From a virus (Duplodnaviria; Heunggongvirae; Uroviricota; Caudoviricetes), in the IMG/VR virus record IMGVR_UViG_3300042363_000209: 64,000 nt of DNA, one strand, 5' to 3'. The first letter of the stretch is position 1. Every line of letters starts with the position of its first letter. Shown one piece after another: positions 17,976-25,645 of the stretch. The translations under genes and the position numbers were made by a program. Below the pieces are notes generated by a model. The model was not told the DNA's origin and made no database searches. It worked only from the letters and a program-made list of their open reading frames with translations.

Positions 17976-18176
17976 ATGGGAAGCAATCAAAATTTAAAAG
18001 CTTACGTCCGCTATGATGGTAGTGGTAGAGTAGTTGCAGGTAGTCTTATCTTTAGAAGAAAGAAACCTACAGTTGGAAGATGGCATGAAATCGCTATAAC
18101 AGAATGTTGTGAGTATGTGCCTACAACTAGTACAACTAGTACAACTAGTACTACAACTACAGCTATTCCAGAATAG
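17976..18176 (+). CDS. Small protein with C-terminal (TST)n tail
   Basis: Ends ...VPTTSTTSTTSTTTTAIPE, encoded by the ACAACTAGT tandem repeat at 18121..18160. Confidence 0.35.
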   Translation: MGSNQNLKAYVRYDGSGRVVAGSLIFRRKKPTVGRWHEIAITECCEYVPTTSTTSTTSTTTTAIPE

Positions 18177-18191
18177 TAAAAACCAAACAAC

Positions 18192-18596
18192 ATGGCAAAA
18201 TCATTGTTCCCTGATGAGATGATGAAATCAGGAGAATTAAACTTGGAAACAATAGCTGGGAAGCTTACGTATTTTCATGAGCAATTGCACTTAACTCATT
18301 GGCAAACAAAGAGTTATGCTGAGCACCAAGCTTTAGGAGGATTGTATGATTATGTACATGATTTCAAAGATGGTGTAATAGAGAAACTTATGGGCTATAC
18401 AGGCAAACGTCCTGCTCCATACAAGATAGAACCTCTTACAAATTGTACAGGAAACGAGTGTGTTTCAAATCTTTTATCTTTTGCATCTTCATTAAAAAGT
18501 TATGCTGAAGCAAACAGCTATCACGATATAGCTAATTTAGCTGATGCATTAAGCGGTGAAGCAGCTAAAACGAAATATCTATTAACTCTGTCTTAA
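18192..18596 (+). CDS. Hypothetical protein (134 aa)
   Basis: ORF. Stop overlaps the next start (TAATG). Confidence 0.45.
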   Translation: MAKSLFPDEMMKSGELNLETIAGKLTYFHEQLHLTHWQTKSYAEHQALGGLYDYVHDFKDGVIEKLMGYTGKRPAPYKIEPLTNCTGNECVSNLLSFASSLKSYAEANSYHDIANLADALSGEAAKTKYLLTLS

Positions 18597-18886
18597 TGCA
18601 GATAAACAAAAAATACTTCCCTAAGGTGATGCAAGATAATGAAATGATTTATTTTGCTCACCTAGAGGGAATAATTGACTCAATAGATGAACTATCTACT
18701 TTGGAGATAGTTAAAAATCCTCGCTCCTATCATTTTAGATTGGCTCCTAGTGTACCAAAATACACTGAGTCTCTTTTGCAGGAGCTATTGAAGTTTCATA
18801 ATATGTTTAAAATCAGACTAGAGTTATCTAAAAGTATTAAAAATTCATCTACTATTACGTTTGAAATAAATTTGGAAGATTCGTAA
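18596..18886 (+). CDS. Hypothetical protein (96 aa)
   Basis: ORF, coupled to the upstream gene. Confidence 0.4.
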   Translation: MQINKKYFPKVMQDNEMIYFAHLEGIIDSIDELSTLEIVKNPRSYHFRLAPSVPKYTESLLQELLKFHNMFKIRLELSKSIKNSSTITFEINLEDS

Positions 18887-18927
18887 CAAATATATATCTT
18901 CGCTATTAAACCAAAAAAAATAAAGTT

Positions 18928-19197
18928 ATGTCAGAAGAAATTCAAGAAGTTGGACAAGAAGCTCCAAAATTTGATCCTAATAAGAAATATACATGGGCTG
19001 GTGATGTTAGCATTGTAGTTTCTGGTGCAGAGTTTGGTGCAATTTTAAATGCTTTACGTGGTGTTACATCAACTCAAGAAGCACAAGCATTGTTCTTAGC
19101 TGCAGAAACTGCAGATAAAGTAGAAGCTATTTTAGCAAGAAATGTTGAAATTGGCATTATTGTAGAAGCTCCAGAAGTTCCTAAAGCAAGTTTATAA
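18928..19197 (+). CDS. Hypothetical protein (89 aa)
   Basis: ORF preceded by AAAATAAAGTTATG, the same leader as the gene at 5898. Confidence 0.45.
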   Translation: MSEEIQEVGQEAPKFDPNKKYTWAGDVSIVVSGAEFGAILNALRGVTSTQEAQALFLAAETADKVEAILARNVEIGIIVEAPEVPKASL

Positions 19198-19207
19198 ATA
19201 ATATATC

Positions 19208-19354
19208 ATGGCCACTGCTAAGAAAAATTGGATACAAGATGCTGTTAACCCTAAACATAAGGGTTATTGCACTCCAATGACTAAAGCTACATGCACTCCT
19301 AAAAGAAAAGCATTAGCTAAGACTTTCAAAGCGATGGCTAAGAAACGTAAATAA
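19208..19354 (+). CDS. MATAKK-family small basic protein, member 1 (48 aa)
   Basis: MATAKKNWIQDAVNPKHKGY...AMAKKRK. Stop overlaps the next ATG (TAATG). Below the track length cutoff. Confidence 0.45.
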   Translation: MATAKKNWIQDAVNPKHKGYCTPMTKATCTPKRKALAKTFKAMAKKRK

Positions 19355-19548
19355 TGGCAACTGTAAAAAAACCTACTCCTGTTCCAAATGGTCATCTAAT
19401 TAAAAAAGATGGTACATCATTAAAGAAAGGTGGCAAGATAGATGCTTTTAGTAAAGTTAAAAGAGCTATGAAGCCTAAGAAAGAAAAGATGTGGATGGAT
19501 AAGGTTAAGAAAGATATATTTAAAGTTAAACCTGTTAAAAAGAAATAA
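19354..19548 (+). CDS. MATVKK-family small basic protein, member 2
   Basis: MATVKKPTPV.... Lys-rich (about 30% K). Confidence 0.5.
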   Translation: MATVKKPTPVPNGHLIKKDGTSLKKGGKIDAFSKVKRAMKPKKEKMWMDKVKKDIFKVKPVKKK

Positions 19549-19850
19549 TGGCAACAGTTAAAAAGGTTATGAAATCTGGTGGGAGCACACCTGCTTGGAC
19601 TCGTTCTGAAGGGAAAGATCCAAAGGGTGGTCTTAATAGAAAAGGTGTAGCAAGCTATAGAGCTGCTAATCCAGGTTCTAAATTAAAGATGGCTGTCACA
19701 ACTAAACCTTCTAAACTTAAAGCTGGTTCTAAGGCTGCAGGTAGACGTAAATCTTTTTGTGCAAGAATGTCAGGAGTTAAAGGACCTGCAAAAAAACCTA
19801 ATGGTGAACCAACAAGGAAAACATTAGCATTAAGAAAATGGAATTGTTAA
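19548..19850 (+). CDS. MATVKK-family small basic protein, member 3
   Basis: MATVKKVMKSGGSTPAWTRSEGKDPKGG... Confidence 0.5.
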   Translation: MATVKKVMKSGGSTPAWTRSEGKDPKGGLNRKGVASYRAANPGSKLKMAVTTKPSKLKAGSKAAGRRKSFCARMSGVKGPAKKPNGEPTRKTLALRKWNC

Positions 19851-19862
19851 AACAATAATATT

Positions 19863-20246
19863 ATGGCAACAGCAAAGAAAGTAGCAAAAGCTCAAAGCGG
19901 TAAAGATGTCCCTAAAGGATATGTCCGTGGTGAAATGACTAATAGACTATACAAGAAAGAAGCAATGGATAAACATCAATCTGATATGGCTGATGCTTTA
20001 GACAGACAAGCTGGTCTTGGTAAATATGCTCCTAAGAAAAATCCTGCTATTAAAAACAATCCTCTTAAAGAAAAAGCTGTTCCTAAAAAGAAAATGAAAG
20101 CAGGTGGTATGTTAAAACGTGCTGATGGTTCTTATTCTCAAAGAGGACTTTGGGATAACATCAGAGCTGCTAAAGGATCTGGAAAGAAACCTACAGCACA
20201 AATGTTAAAACAAGAGAAAAAAATTAAAGCTAAATCTAAAAAATAA
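19863..20246 (+). CDS. MATAKK-family small basic protein, member 4
   Basis: MATAKKVAKAQSGKDVPKGY... C-terminal KMKAGGMLKR motif. Confidence 0.5.
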   Translation: MATAKKVAKAQSGKDVPKGYVRGEMTNRLYKKEAMDKHQSDMADALDRQAGLGKYAPKKNPAIKNNPLKEKAVPKKKMKAGGMLKRADGSYSQRGLWDNIRAAKGSGKKPTAQMLKQEKKIKAKSKK

Positions 20247-20251
20247 TTAAA

Positions 20252-20614
20252 ATGGCAACAGTTAAAAAGATGAAAAAAGCTCAAGATGGTATGGCTTTTA
20301 AAATGAAAAAAGATGCAAGAGAAGGTAAGGAAATGGTATCAAAAATAAAAGAAGCTAACAAAAAATCAGATTCAACTAATCGTAAAACAGGTATGAATTT
20401 TGACAAGAAAAGTTTTGATTCATTACCTAAATTACCAATGAAAAAATCTAAAGATGGTTCTTCTTTTGGTATGTTATCAGTAAAAGCTGGTGTTGACAAA
20501 AACCCTAATGCTACATTTGCAGATAAGATTGCAGGTGCTAAGAAAAAAGCTATGTCTGGTACATCTATGATGAAAAAAGGTGGTATGATTAAAAAATCTA
20601 TTAAAAAGAAATAA
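20252..20614 (+). CDS. MATVKK-family small basic protein, member 5
   Basis: MATVKKMKKAQDGMAF... C-terminal MMKKGGMIKK. Confidence 0.5.
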   Translation: MATVKKMKKAQDGMAFKMKKDAREGKEMVSKIKEANKKSDSTNRKTGMNFDKKSFDSLPKLPMKKSKDGSSFGMLSVKAGVDKNPNATFADKIAGAKKKAMSGTSMMKKGGMIKKSIKKK

Positions 20615-20615
20615 A

Positions 20616-21113
20616 ATGGCAACTGTTAAAAAAGCAAAAAAATATCAAGGCGGTGGTGATGTTCCTTCATGGGCTTCTAAAGTTAATAAACAGACAGAAG
20701 ATGAAAGAAAAAATCCTGCTTTAGGTGATGAAAGACGTAGAAAAGCAGATAGTACAGCAATGGCTAATTGGAAAAAAGCAGCTAACTTTGAACGTGCTTA
20801 CCATAAAAAAGAAGGAAACAAAATTGAAGATAGAAAAAGTGGTTCTACTGCATACACTGTTTTAGCTAAGAAAAAAGAAATGAAAACTGGTGGTGCTGTT
20901 AAAAAGTACAAATCTGGCGGTAGTCTATCTGGATTAAAAGCTTCTAACAAGCGTGTTGGTCCTGTAGATCCTAAAGGTGCTTACACCACAGTGCAAAAAA
21001 GAACACTAGCAGGTGCTAAAGGTAAAGCTGTTTTAAAGAAAGATAAACAATTAGGTGCTACTAAGATGAAAATGGGTGGTGCTATGAAAAAATGTAAGTA
21101 TGGCTGCAAGTAA
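20616..21113 (+). CDS. MATVKK-family small basic protein, member 6
   Basis: MATVKKAKKYQGGGDVPSW.... KMKMGGAMKKCKYG and KTGGAVKKYKSGG motifs. Confidence 0.5.
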   Translation: MATVKKAKKYQGGGDVPSWASKVNKQTEDERKNPALGDERRRKADSTAMANWKKAANFERAYHKKEGNKIEDRKSGSTAYTVLAKKKEMKTGGAVKKYKSGGSLSGLKASNKRVGPVDPKGAYTTVQKRTLAGAKGKAVLKKDKQLGATKMKMGGAMKKCKYGCK

Positions 21114-21273
21114 TATGACTGCTGGTAAAGCTAAGAAATCAGGTGCACCTCGTAAAGCACCAAAGGTACCAGCTCCTAAACCAATCAATGGTAATTATAT
21201 GAAGGAGTCTGATACAAAGTTACAAAGAAAGAGTCCTATGCTTCCTATGAAGCAGAAGAGACTTTCAAAATAA
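21100..21273 (+). CDS. MA..-start small basic protein, member 7 (57 aa, frame-shifted overlap with member 6)
   Basis: MAASNMTAGKAKKSGAPRKAPKVPAPKP... Could alternatively start at the ATG at 21115. Confidence 0.35.
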   Translation: MAASNMTAGKAKKSGAPRKAPKVPAPKPINGNYMKESDTKLQRKSPMLPMKQKRLSK

Positions 21274-21412
21274 AGAGTACTTCTCCTGCATCCCATAAGA
21301 ACTGCACGCTCAGGTTGTGGTAACCCATTCTAGACAGGGCCCCTTAAAGAAGTCATAAATTCCCCCCTTATAGTCTCAGTATTATAAGTCTGCTCCTTAT
21401 GGGAGTAAAAGA

Positions 21413-21437
21413 AAAGCCCCTATTTGGGGCTTTTTTC
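21413..21437. terminator. Bidirectional terminator at the convergence of the + block and the long - block
   Basis: AAAAGCCCCTATTTGGGGCTTTTTTC. GC hairpin flanked by A-run and T-run. Confidence 0.7.
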
Positions 21438-22151
21438 ATTTAGAAGAGTATGTAAATATCTCATAAAGCTTTTATGTCTTATATAATGATGTGTTACATG
21501 TTTATGTAAAAATGTAACATCTTCTTCTGTAAGGTCAGCTAGCATCTTAGGTACATAACTATCTCCTTCTTTCCAAAGGTCATTGAAATATCTTTGAAAT
21601 GGAAACCAGCCATTTAGATATAGTCTATGTAAAACATTTGAATCTAAAAACTTATCATAGATTTTTATCTGGTTCTCTTTTAACCATGTGCCTATACAAA
21701 CATCTTCATATCCATAACCTTTTACAGTCATAGGTTGACAATTTTTAATCAGTTGTGGAGATATAAAATAACCACATCCCCCTGATGGATAATCTAGTTC
21801 AGGTTCTTTTGTATAAGACCCTTTCATACTATATCCGTATACAGCAGTTTTACTAAAGAATGTAATCACTTCTTCAAATAAAGGAATGTTAAGTATTGCA
21901 TCATCATCAATGAAGACTAACCAATCATATGCATCAAGTTGGTCAGTAGTCCTAACCAGGTTAATGAAGTTGACTGTCTTCTCTTCATTGCTTTGATAAT
22001 CATCTTTGTCAGAACAAGATATCTCATTAGGTCTCCCTGTAAGTTTATCTGTAAGACATACATAATCAAGAGCAGATAACCACGTTTCAAGGCAGTTATC
22101 TACTCTGTCAGTATGTTTATGACTAGTTTTTAATACAATTTTGTATTTCAT
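21420..22151 (-). CDS. GT31/Fringe-like glycosyltransferase (beta-1,3-glycosyltransferase fold)
   Basis: DWLVFIDDDAIL (DDD motif) and YPSGGCGYFISPQLI (the GT31 'SGGAGYVLS' motif). Confidence 0.5.
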   Translation of the reverse strand: MKYKIVLKTSHKHTDRVDNCLETWLSALDYVCLTDKLTGRPNEISCSDKDDYQSNEEKTVNFINLVRTTDQLDAYDWLVFIDDDAILNIPLFEEVITFFSKTAVYGYSMKGSYTKEPELDYPSGGCGYFISPQLIKNCQPMTVKGYGYEDVCIGTWLKENQIKIYDKFLDSNVLHRLYLNGWFPFQRYFNDLWKEGDSYVPKMLADLTEEDVTFLHKHVTHHYIRHKSFMRYLHTLLNEKSPK

Positions 22152-22438
22152 TACCAGATTTGAATTATGTCAAATGGTGATACCAAGATTGCACGGTCAT
22201 CATCTTCATTGATTGGGACTAATGTAGCTTTGTTTAAAGCTGCTGGATCTACTAATACATAGTCTCCTGCTTTGATTTCTGTAACAATAGTGCCCACTTG
22301 TAACACTTTTAACTTAGACATTTTGTTAAGCAATTCTCTTTGTAATGCTTCTTTAGTATTGTCATCCACAATTAACTTACTATTGTCATCTTGTGGAGGC
22401 ATCTCTAATAAAATTCTATTTCCTAATAACTTTGGCAT
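22151..22438 (-). CDS. GroES/gp31-like co-chaperonin
   Basis: 95 aa. N-terminal NRILLEM (compare GroES RVIVKR). Mobile-loop-like region. C-terminal ILVSPFDIIQIW (compare GroES ...SESDILAIV). Confidence 0.45.
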   Translation of the reverse strand: MPKLLGNRILLEMPPQDDNSKLIVDDNTKEALQRELLNKMSKLKVLQVGTIVTEIKAGDYVLVDPAALNKATLVPINEDDDRAILVSPFDIIQIW

Positions 22439-22440
22439 GA

Positions 22441-22725
22441 TTAATTATTTAAACTGTTAAATCTTGCAACATCTTCATCAACTAAACTAATCTCTGTTGA
22501 ATAAGTGTTACGTTGTCTTTTAATTCCTCTTTGTTTTCCTGTCTTAGGATCAATATCTGGAACATCTTCTGAACGGTCATGTGCATCATCTAATAAGACT
22601 AACACTTTGTTCTCATCCATTTGTACTGATCTAATAACCTTATTTAGGTTAAAGCTGTCTGTGAAGACTTTACCGTCTTCTGTCTTTCTTGTGTAAAAGA
22701 ATAAATTGCTCATTTTAATTTTCAA
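22441..22725 (-). CDS. Hypothetical protein (94 aa)
   Basis: ORF. Confidence 0.4.
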   Translation of the reverse strand: MKIKMSNLFFYTRKTEDGKVFTDSFNLNKVIRSVQMDENKVLVLLDDAHDRSEDVPDIDPKTGKQRGIKRQRNTYSTEISLVDEDVARFNSLNN

Positions 22726-22981
22726 TTTTATCTGGGTTATTTAAATCTGTCATTCTTTGAACTAATATGTTTTCATAATTTTGCATAGTAGTCAATTGAT
22801 TATCTAGCAAACGTTTATGAAAGTAATTTACACTTTTAAAATCAGGACTCATTGTCATAAAAGTTTTTAACTTTTCAATCTTACCTGATAATTCAATTCT
22901 TTCAATGTGAAGTTTAGACTGTAAAGGTAAATCTACTTCTTGTTTTTCTTCTGGAACATTGTCCCATTCTGATGCGATCAT
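22715..22981 (-). CDS. Hypothetical protein (88 aa)
   Basis: ORF. Confidence 0.4.
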   Translation of the reverse strand: MIASEWDNVPEEKQEVDLPLQSKLHIERIELSGKIEKLKTFMTMSPDFKSVNYFHKRLLDNQLTTMQNYENILVQRMTDLNNPDKIEN

Positions 22982-23415
22982 TTCGTTATATTTATTTGGT
23001 TATCTAATTGCTTTGATAGGTATTGTAATTGATATGCATAAATTTCTTCTGTAGTATCATTTAAGGGAACACCTGCCCATTCCATTATATTCACTGCAGC
23101 ATGAAACAGTTCATGATTGATGATATCTACATGACTTCCATAAGGCATCCAAATTATAATAGGATTACCATTTTGTGTAGGAAATGTAGCAGCTCTACAA
23201 TCAAAGTTTTCAGCTGTAACAGAACTGTCTAGATTAGCTCTTACATAATTAGCAGCAAAAGTTGTATCGTCTGTAATAAGAACTTGTACATCCAGGTCAA
23301 ACATGCTTCCAGGTAATGTAACTAATTCATATTTAACTGTTAAATCCTCAGCACTTTTACATGATGAGTATAATATTGCTATTATAACAATAGATAATAA
23401 GATTTTAGATTTCAT
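22978..23415 (-). CDS. Secreted/lipoprotein-like minimal zincin (HExxH) protein
   Basis: Signal peptide with Cys (ILYSSC). INHELFHAAVNIMEW carries the HExxH motif. Confidence 0.4.
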   Translation of the reverse strand: MKSKILLSIVIIAILYSSCKSAEDLTVKYELVTLPGSMFDLDVQVLITDDTTFAANYVRANLDSSVTAENFDCRAATFPTQNGNPIIIWMPYGSHVDIINHELFHAAVNIMEWAGVPLNDTTEEIYAYQLQYLSKQLDNQINITK

Positions 23416-23797
23416 ATTTATTTTTTAATTGTTCACGTTTAATATTAACTTCTTCATACTTATACATATCATTCTCAACATTAGAGTGTTCATCTAATGT
23501 CAAAAGTATGATATTTTCTTCATCCAAAGAAGCATCAGGATATTTTTCTTTTGGTAGTATGTGGTGAAAATATACTGAGAGAGGCTCCCCAACCAAGGGA
23601 AGCCCACTAATCTCAGATAAATGTTGTCTTTTCTTCCAGATTTGTAAGAAGAACTCTCTCATTACGTCAATCTTCCGTATTACTTCATTTTTTTTGACAC
23701 TTTTTGTCAAATTTTGTGCAGCAATTCGTTTTCTAGGTTTATGTTGAAAGCAATATTCTCCATCACATCTCTTACCACAGGTTTTACAGGTAGGCAT
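23405..23797 (-). CDS. Cys-rich zinc-finger protein, possible HNH-like nuclease
   Basis: N-terminal CKTCGKRCDGEYCFQH. HHILPKEKYP...LTLDEHSNVEN could be an H-N-H arrangement. Confidence 0.3.
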   Translation of the reverse strand: MPTCKTCGKRCDGEYCFQHKPRKRIAAQNLTKSVKKNEVIRKIDVMREFFLQIWKKRQHLSEISGLPLVGEPLSVYFHHILPKEKYPDASLDEENIILLTLDEHSNVENDMYKYEEVNIKREQLKNKYEI

Positions 23798-24237
23798 TAT
23801 TGCACACCAGTTGAACCAAATCCACCTTCTCCTCTTTCAGACTCTTCAAGTTCAGGTACTTGGGTAAGGTCTGCAATCATAACTGGTTCAAAATAGATCT
23901 GAGCAACTCTTTCACCTACACCATAAGGAAACTGATTTTCTGTTATAGTTCCTTTTAATGATGTAAATACAGCTTTCCATTCACCACGGTAGTCTGCATC
24001 AATTATACCAAAAGAATTGTTTAAAACCCAATCATATTTAGTTAGATTACTTCTAGGTACAATAATTCCTTTATATCCTACAGGAATTTCTGTTTTAAAA
24101 CCTAAACCCACTATAATCTTGTTAGTAGCATTAGATGTAATATCATGTGCATATACATCAAAACATGCTGCATACTTAGAGCCTTTTACAGGCATTTTTA
24201 CGTCATCGCTGACTTTCTTAAATTTCACTTGTATCAT
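23797..24237 (-). CDS. dut: dUTP diphosphatase (dUTPase)
   Basis: Canonical motifs PRSNL, GIIDADYRGE and C-terminal RGEGGFGSTG. Confidence 0.9.
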   Translation of the reverse strand: MIQVKFKKVSDDVKMPVKGSKYAACFDVYAHDITSNATNKIIVGLGFKTEIPVGYKGIIVPRSNLTKYDWVLNNSFGIIDADYRGEWKAVFTSLKGTITENQFPYGVGERVAQIYFEPVMIADLTQVPELEESERGEGGFGSTGVQ

Positions 24238-25255
24238 CTTCTTCTGTTTTAGTTTCTGTTTGATTAATTTTAGTTATAATTTCTTTTTTGATTTCATCAT
24301 AGAATTCTTGATTATCAGTAAGCATACTCTTAAATTGTTCAAGATCATACTTATGTTCACCAATAGTCATTGTTTTACCATACTTTCTACCAATACCAAA
24401 ATCATTGATAAGAGTCATGATTTCATCAAGCTTATCAATACCTAAACCATATACAATCTCAAATTGAGCTAGTTTATATGGAGGACACATCTTATTCTTA
24501 ATAGCTTTCACCTTGGTAATATTACCATAGTTTACATCACCATCTTTGGCTAAGCTTTTGCTCACCTCAATTCTACAATCTGTGTAAAACTTAAGAGCAT
24601 GTCCACCTTGTGTAGTTGTTGGATTACCAAACATCACACCAATCTTCTCTCTATATTGAGAGATGACAATGAGACATACATTATGTTCTGATAGAGCAGA
24701 TTTAAGTTTTGGATAGGCATTACTATTTAGTCTAGATTTATAACCAATAGTACTATCACCCACCTCACCATCTAATTGTTTCTTAGGAATCAATGATGAA
24801 TCTGAGTCAATAATGATGAGACCTACCTCACCAGTGTTAATCATTTCCATAGCAATGTTAAAACCTTCCTCACCACATGATGGTTGAGCAATCAATAACT
24901 CACTAGTGTTAACACCAATAGCTTCAAAGTAATTCTTATCAACAGCATGTTCGCCATCAATATAAACCACCTTGTTACCTTTCTTCTGAGCTTCAGCTAC
25001 AACGTGTCCACAAATAGTAGACTTACCTGTACCTTCCCAGCCCATTAGTTCATACATTTTACCTTTAACAAATCCACCAACACCTAATGTAATGTAATCA
25101 AATCCAATAGAACCTGTTGAGATGACATCATAGTCACCACTGTCTTTTGAATCAAGTGTAAGTACTGTACCTACACCATAAGTCTTGTTTAATTTATCAA
25201 GAGCTTCTTGGAATTTAGAGACACCGCTGTCTACTGTTTTTGCTGCTTTAGCCAT
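24218..25255 (-). CDS. recA: RecA/UvsX-family recombinase
   Basis: Walker A GWEGTGKSTI. Second segment VVYIDGEHAVD, then QPSCGEEGFNIAMEMINTGEVGLIIIDSDSSL. This parallels RecA FIDAEHALD...QPDTGEQALEI...VDVIVVDSVAAL. Confidence 0.85.
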   Translation of the reverse strand: MAKAAKTVDSGVSKFQEALDKLNKTYGVGTVLTLDSKDSGDYDVISTGSIGFDYITLGVGGFVKGKMYELMGWEGTGKSTICGHVVAEAQKKGNKVVYIDGEHAVDKNYFEAIGVNTSELLIAQPSCGEEGFNIAMEMINTGEVGLIIIDSDSSLIPKKQLDGEVGDSTIGYKSRLNSNAYPKLKSALSEHNVCLIVISQYREKIGVMFGNPTTTQGGHALKFYTDCRIEVSKSLAKDGDVNYGNITKVKAIKNKMCPPYKLAQFEIVYGLGIDKLDEIMTLINDFGIGRKYGKTMTIGEHKYDLEQFKSMLTDNQEFYDEIKKEIITKINQTETKTEEDDTSEI

Positions 25256-25392
25256 TATTTAACTGTTTTTGTTTGAGAGCAAATTTACTGAAATTGTATG
25301 ATATTTCCATAACTTTTTTGGATAATTGGAACAAAAAACCCCCACCATAAAAATGGCAGGGGTTATATAAGACACACATTAAACAAAAACAG

Positions 25393-25435
25393 TTACGCAA
25401 TATTACGCATATTTATGCACACTTACGTAATATTA
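25393..25435. promoter_or_regulatory. Direct repeats TTACG(C/T)AATATTACGCATAT / TTACGTAATATTA upstream of recA (putative operator)
   Basis: Three copies of TTACG[CT]A(A)TAT within 43 nt in the recA 5' region. Confidence 0.3.
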
Positions 25436-25645
25436 TCATTTATTTTCTTTTTCTAACTTTTTGTTACCTTTTTTAACAGGTTTAGTGTATGGACAATGCC
25501 TACAGTTGTTACCACAGCAAAATCCCCTTTCTTTCAAGTATTCTTCTGTAAAGACCACCTTGTCTTTGTCCAGATAATACAGATTAGGCGATTTCACAAG
25601 CACCTCCTGCACAGGCTGCAACTTGACCAAAATCAACGTTGTCAT
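25436..25645 (-). CDS. Small Cys-rich zinc-ribbon protein
   Basis: CCGNNCRHCPY. Its 5' end overlaps the 3' end of the RNR gene. Confidence 0.35.
   Translation of the reverse strand: MTTLILVKLQPVQEVLVKSPNLYYLDKDKVVFTEEYLKERGFCCGNNCRHCPYTKPVKKGNKKLEKENK

Noticed and set aside
20281-20622. 113-aa minus-strand ORF across MATVKK member 5
   Set aside because: Antisense to a Lys-codon-rich (AAA/AAG) gene. The reverse frame is Phe/Leu-rich by construction. The array organisation and TAATG couplings support the plus-strand genes.
19340-20630. Repeated TAAAATGGCAAC(A/T)GTTAAAAAG junctions as a possible mobile-element or att repeat
   Set aside because: They coincide exactly with the stop/start boundaries of the paralog array. 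They are better explained by tandem gene duplication preserving the start context.
21274-21412. Relatively GC-rich 140-nt spacer after the basic-protein array (CTCAGGTTGTGGTAACCC...GGGCCCCTTAAAG...), considered as a tRNA or small RNA
   Set aside because: I could not fold a cloverleaf (no acceptor/T-arm GTTC-type signature). It is retained only as untranslated 3' region upstream of the terminator. An Rfam scan would settle it.
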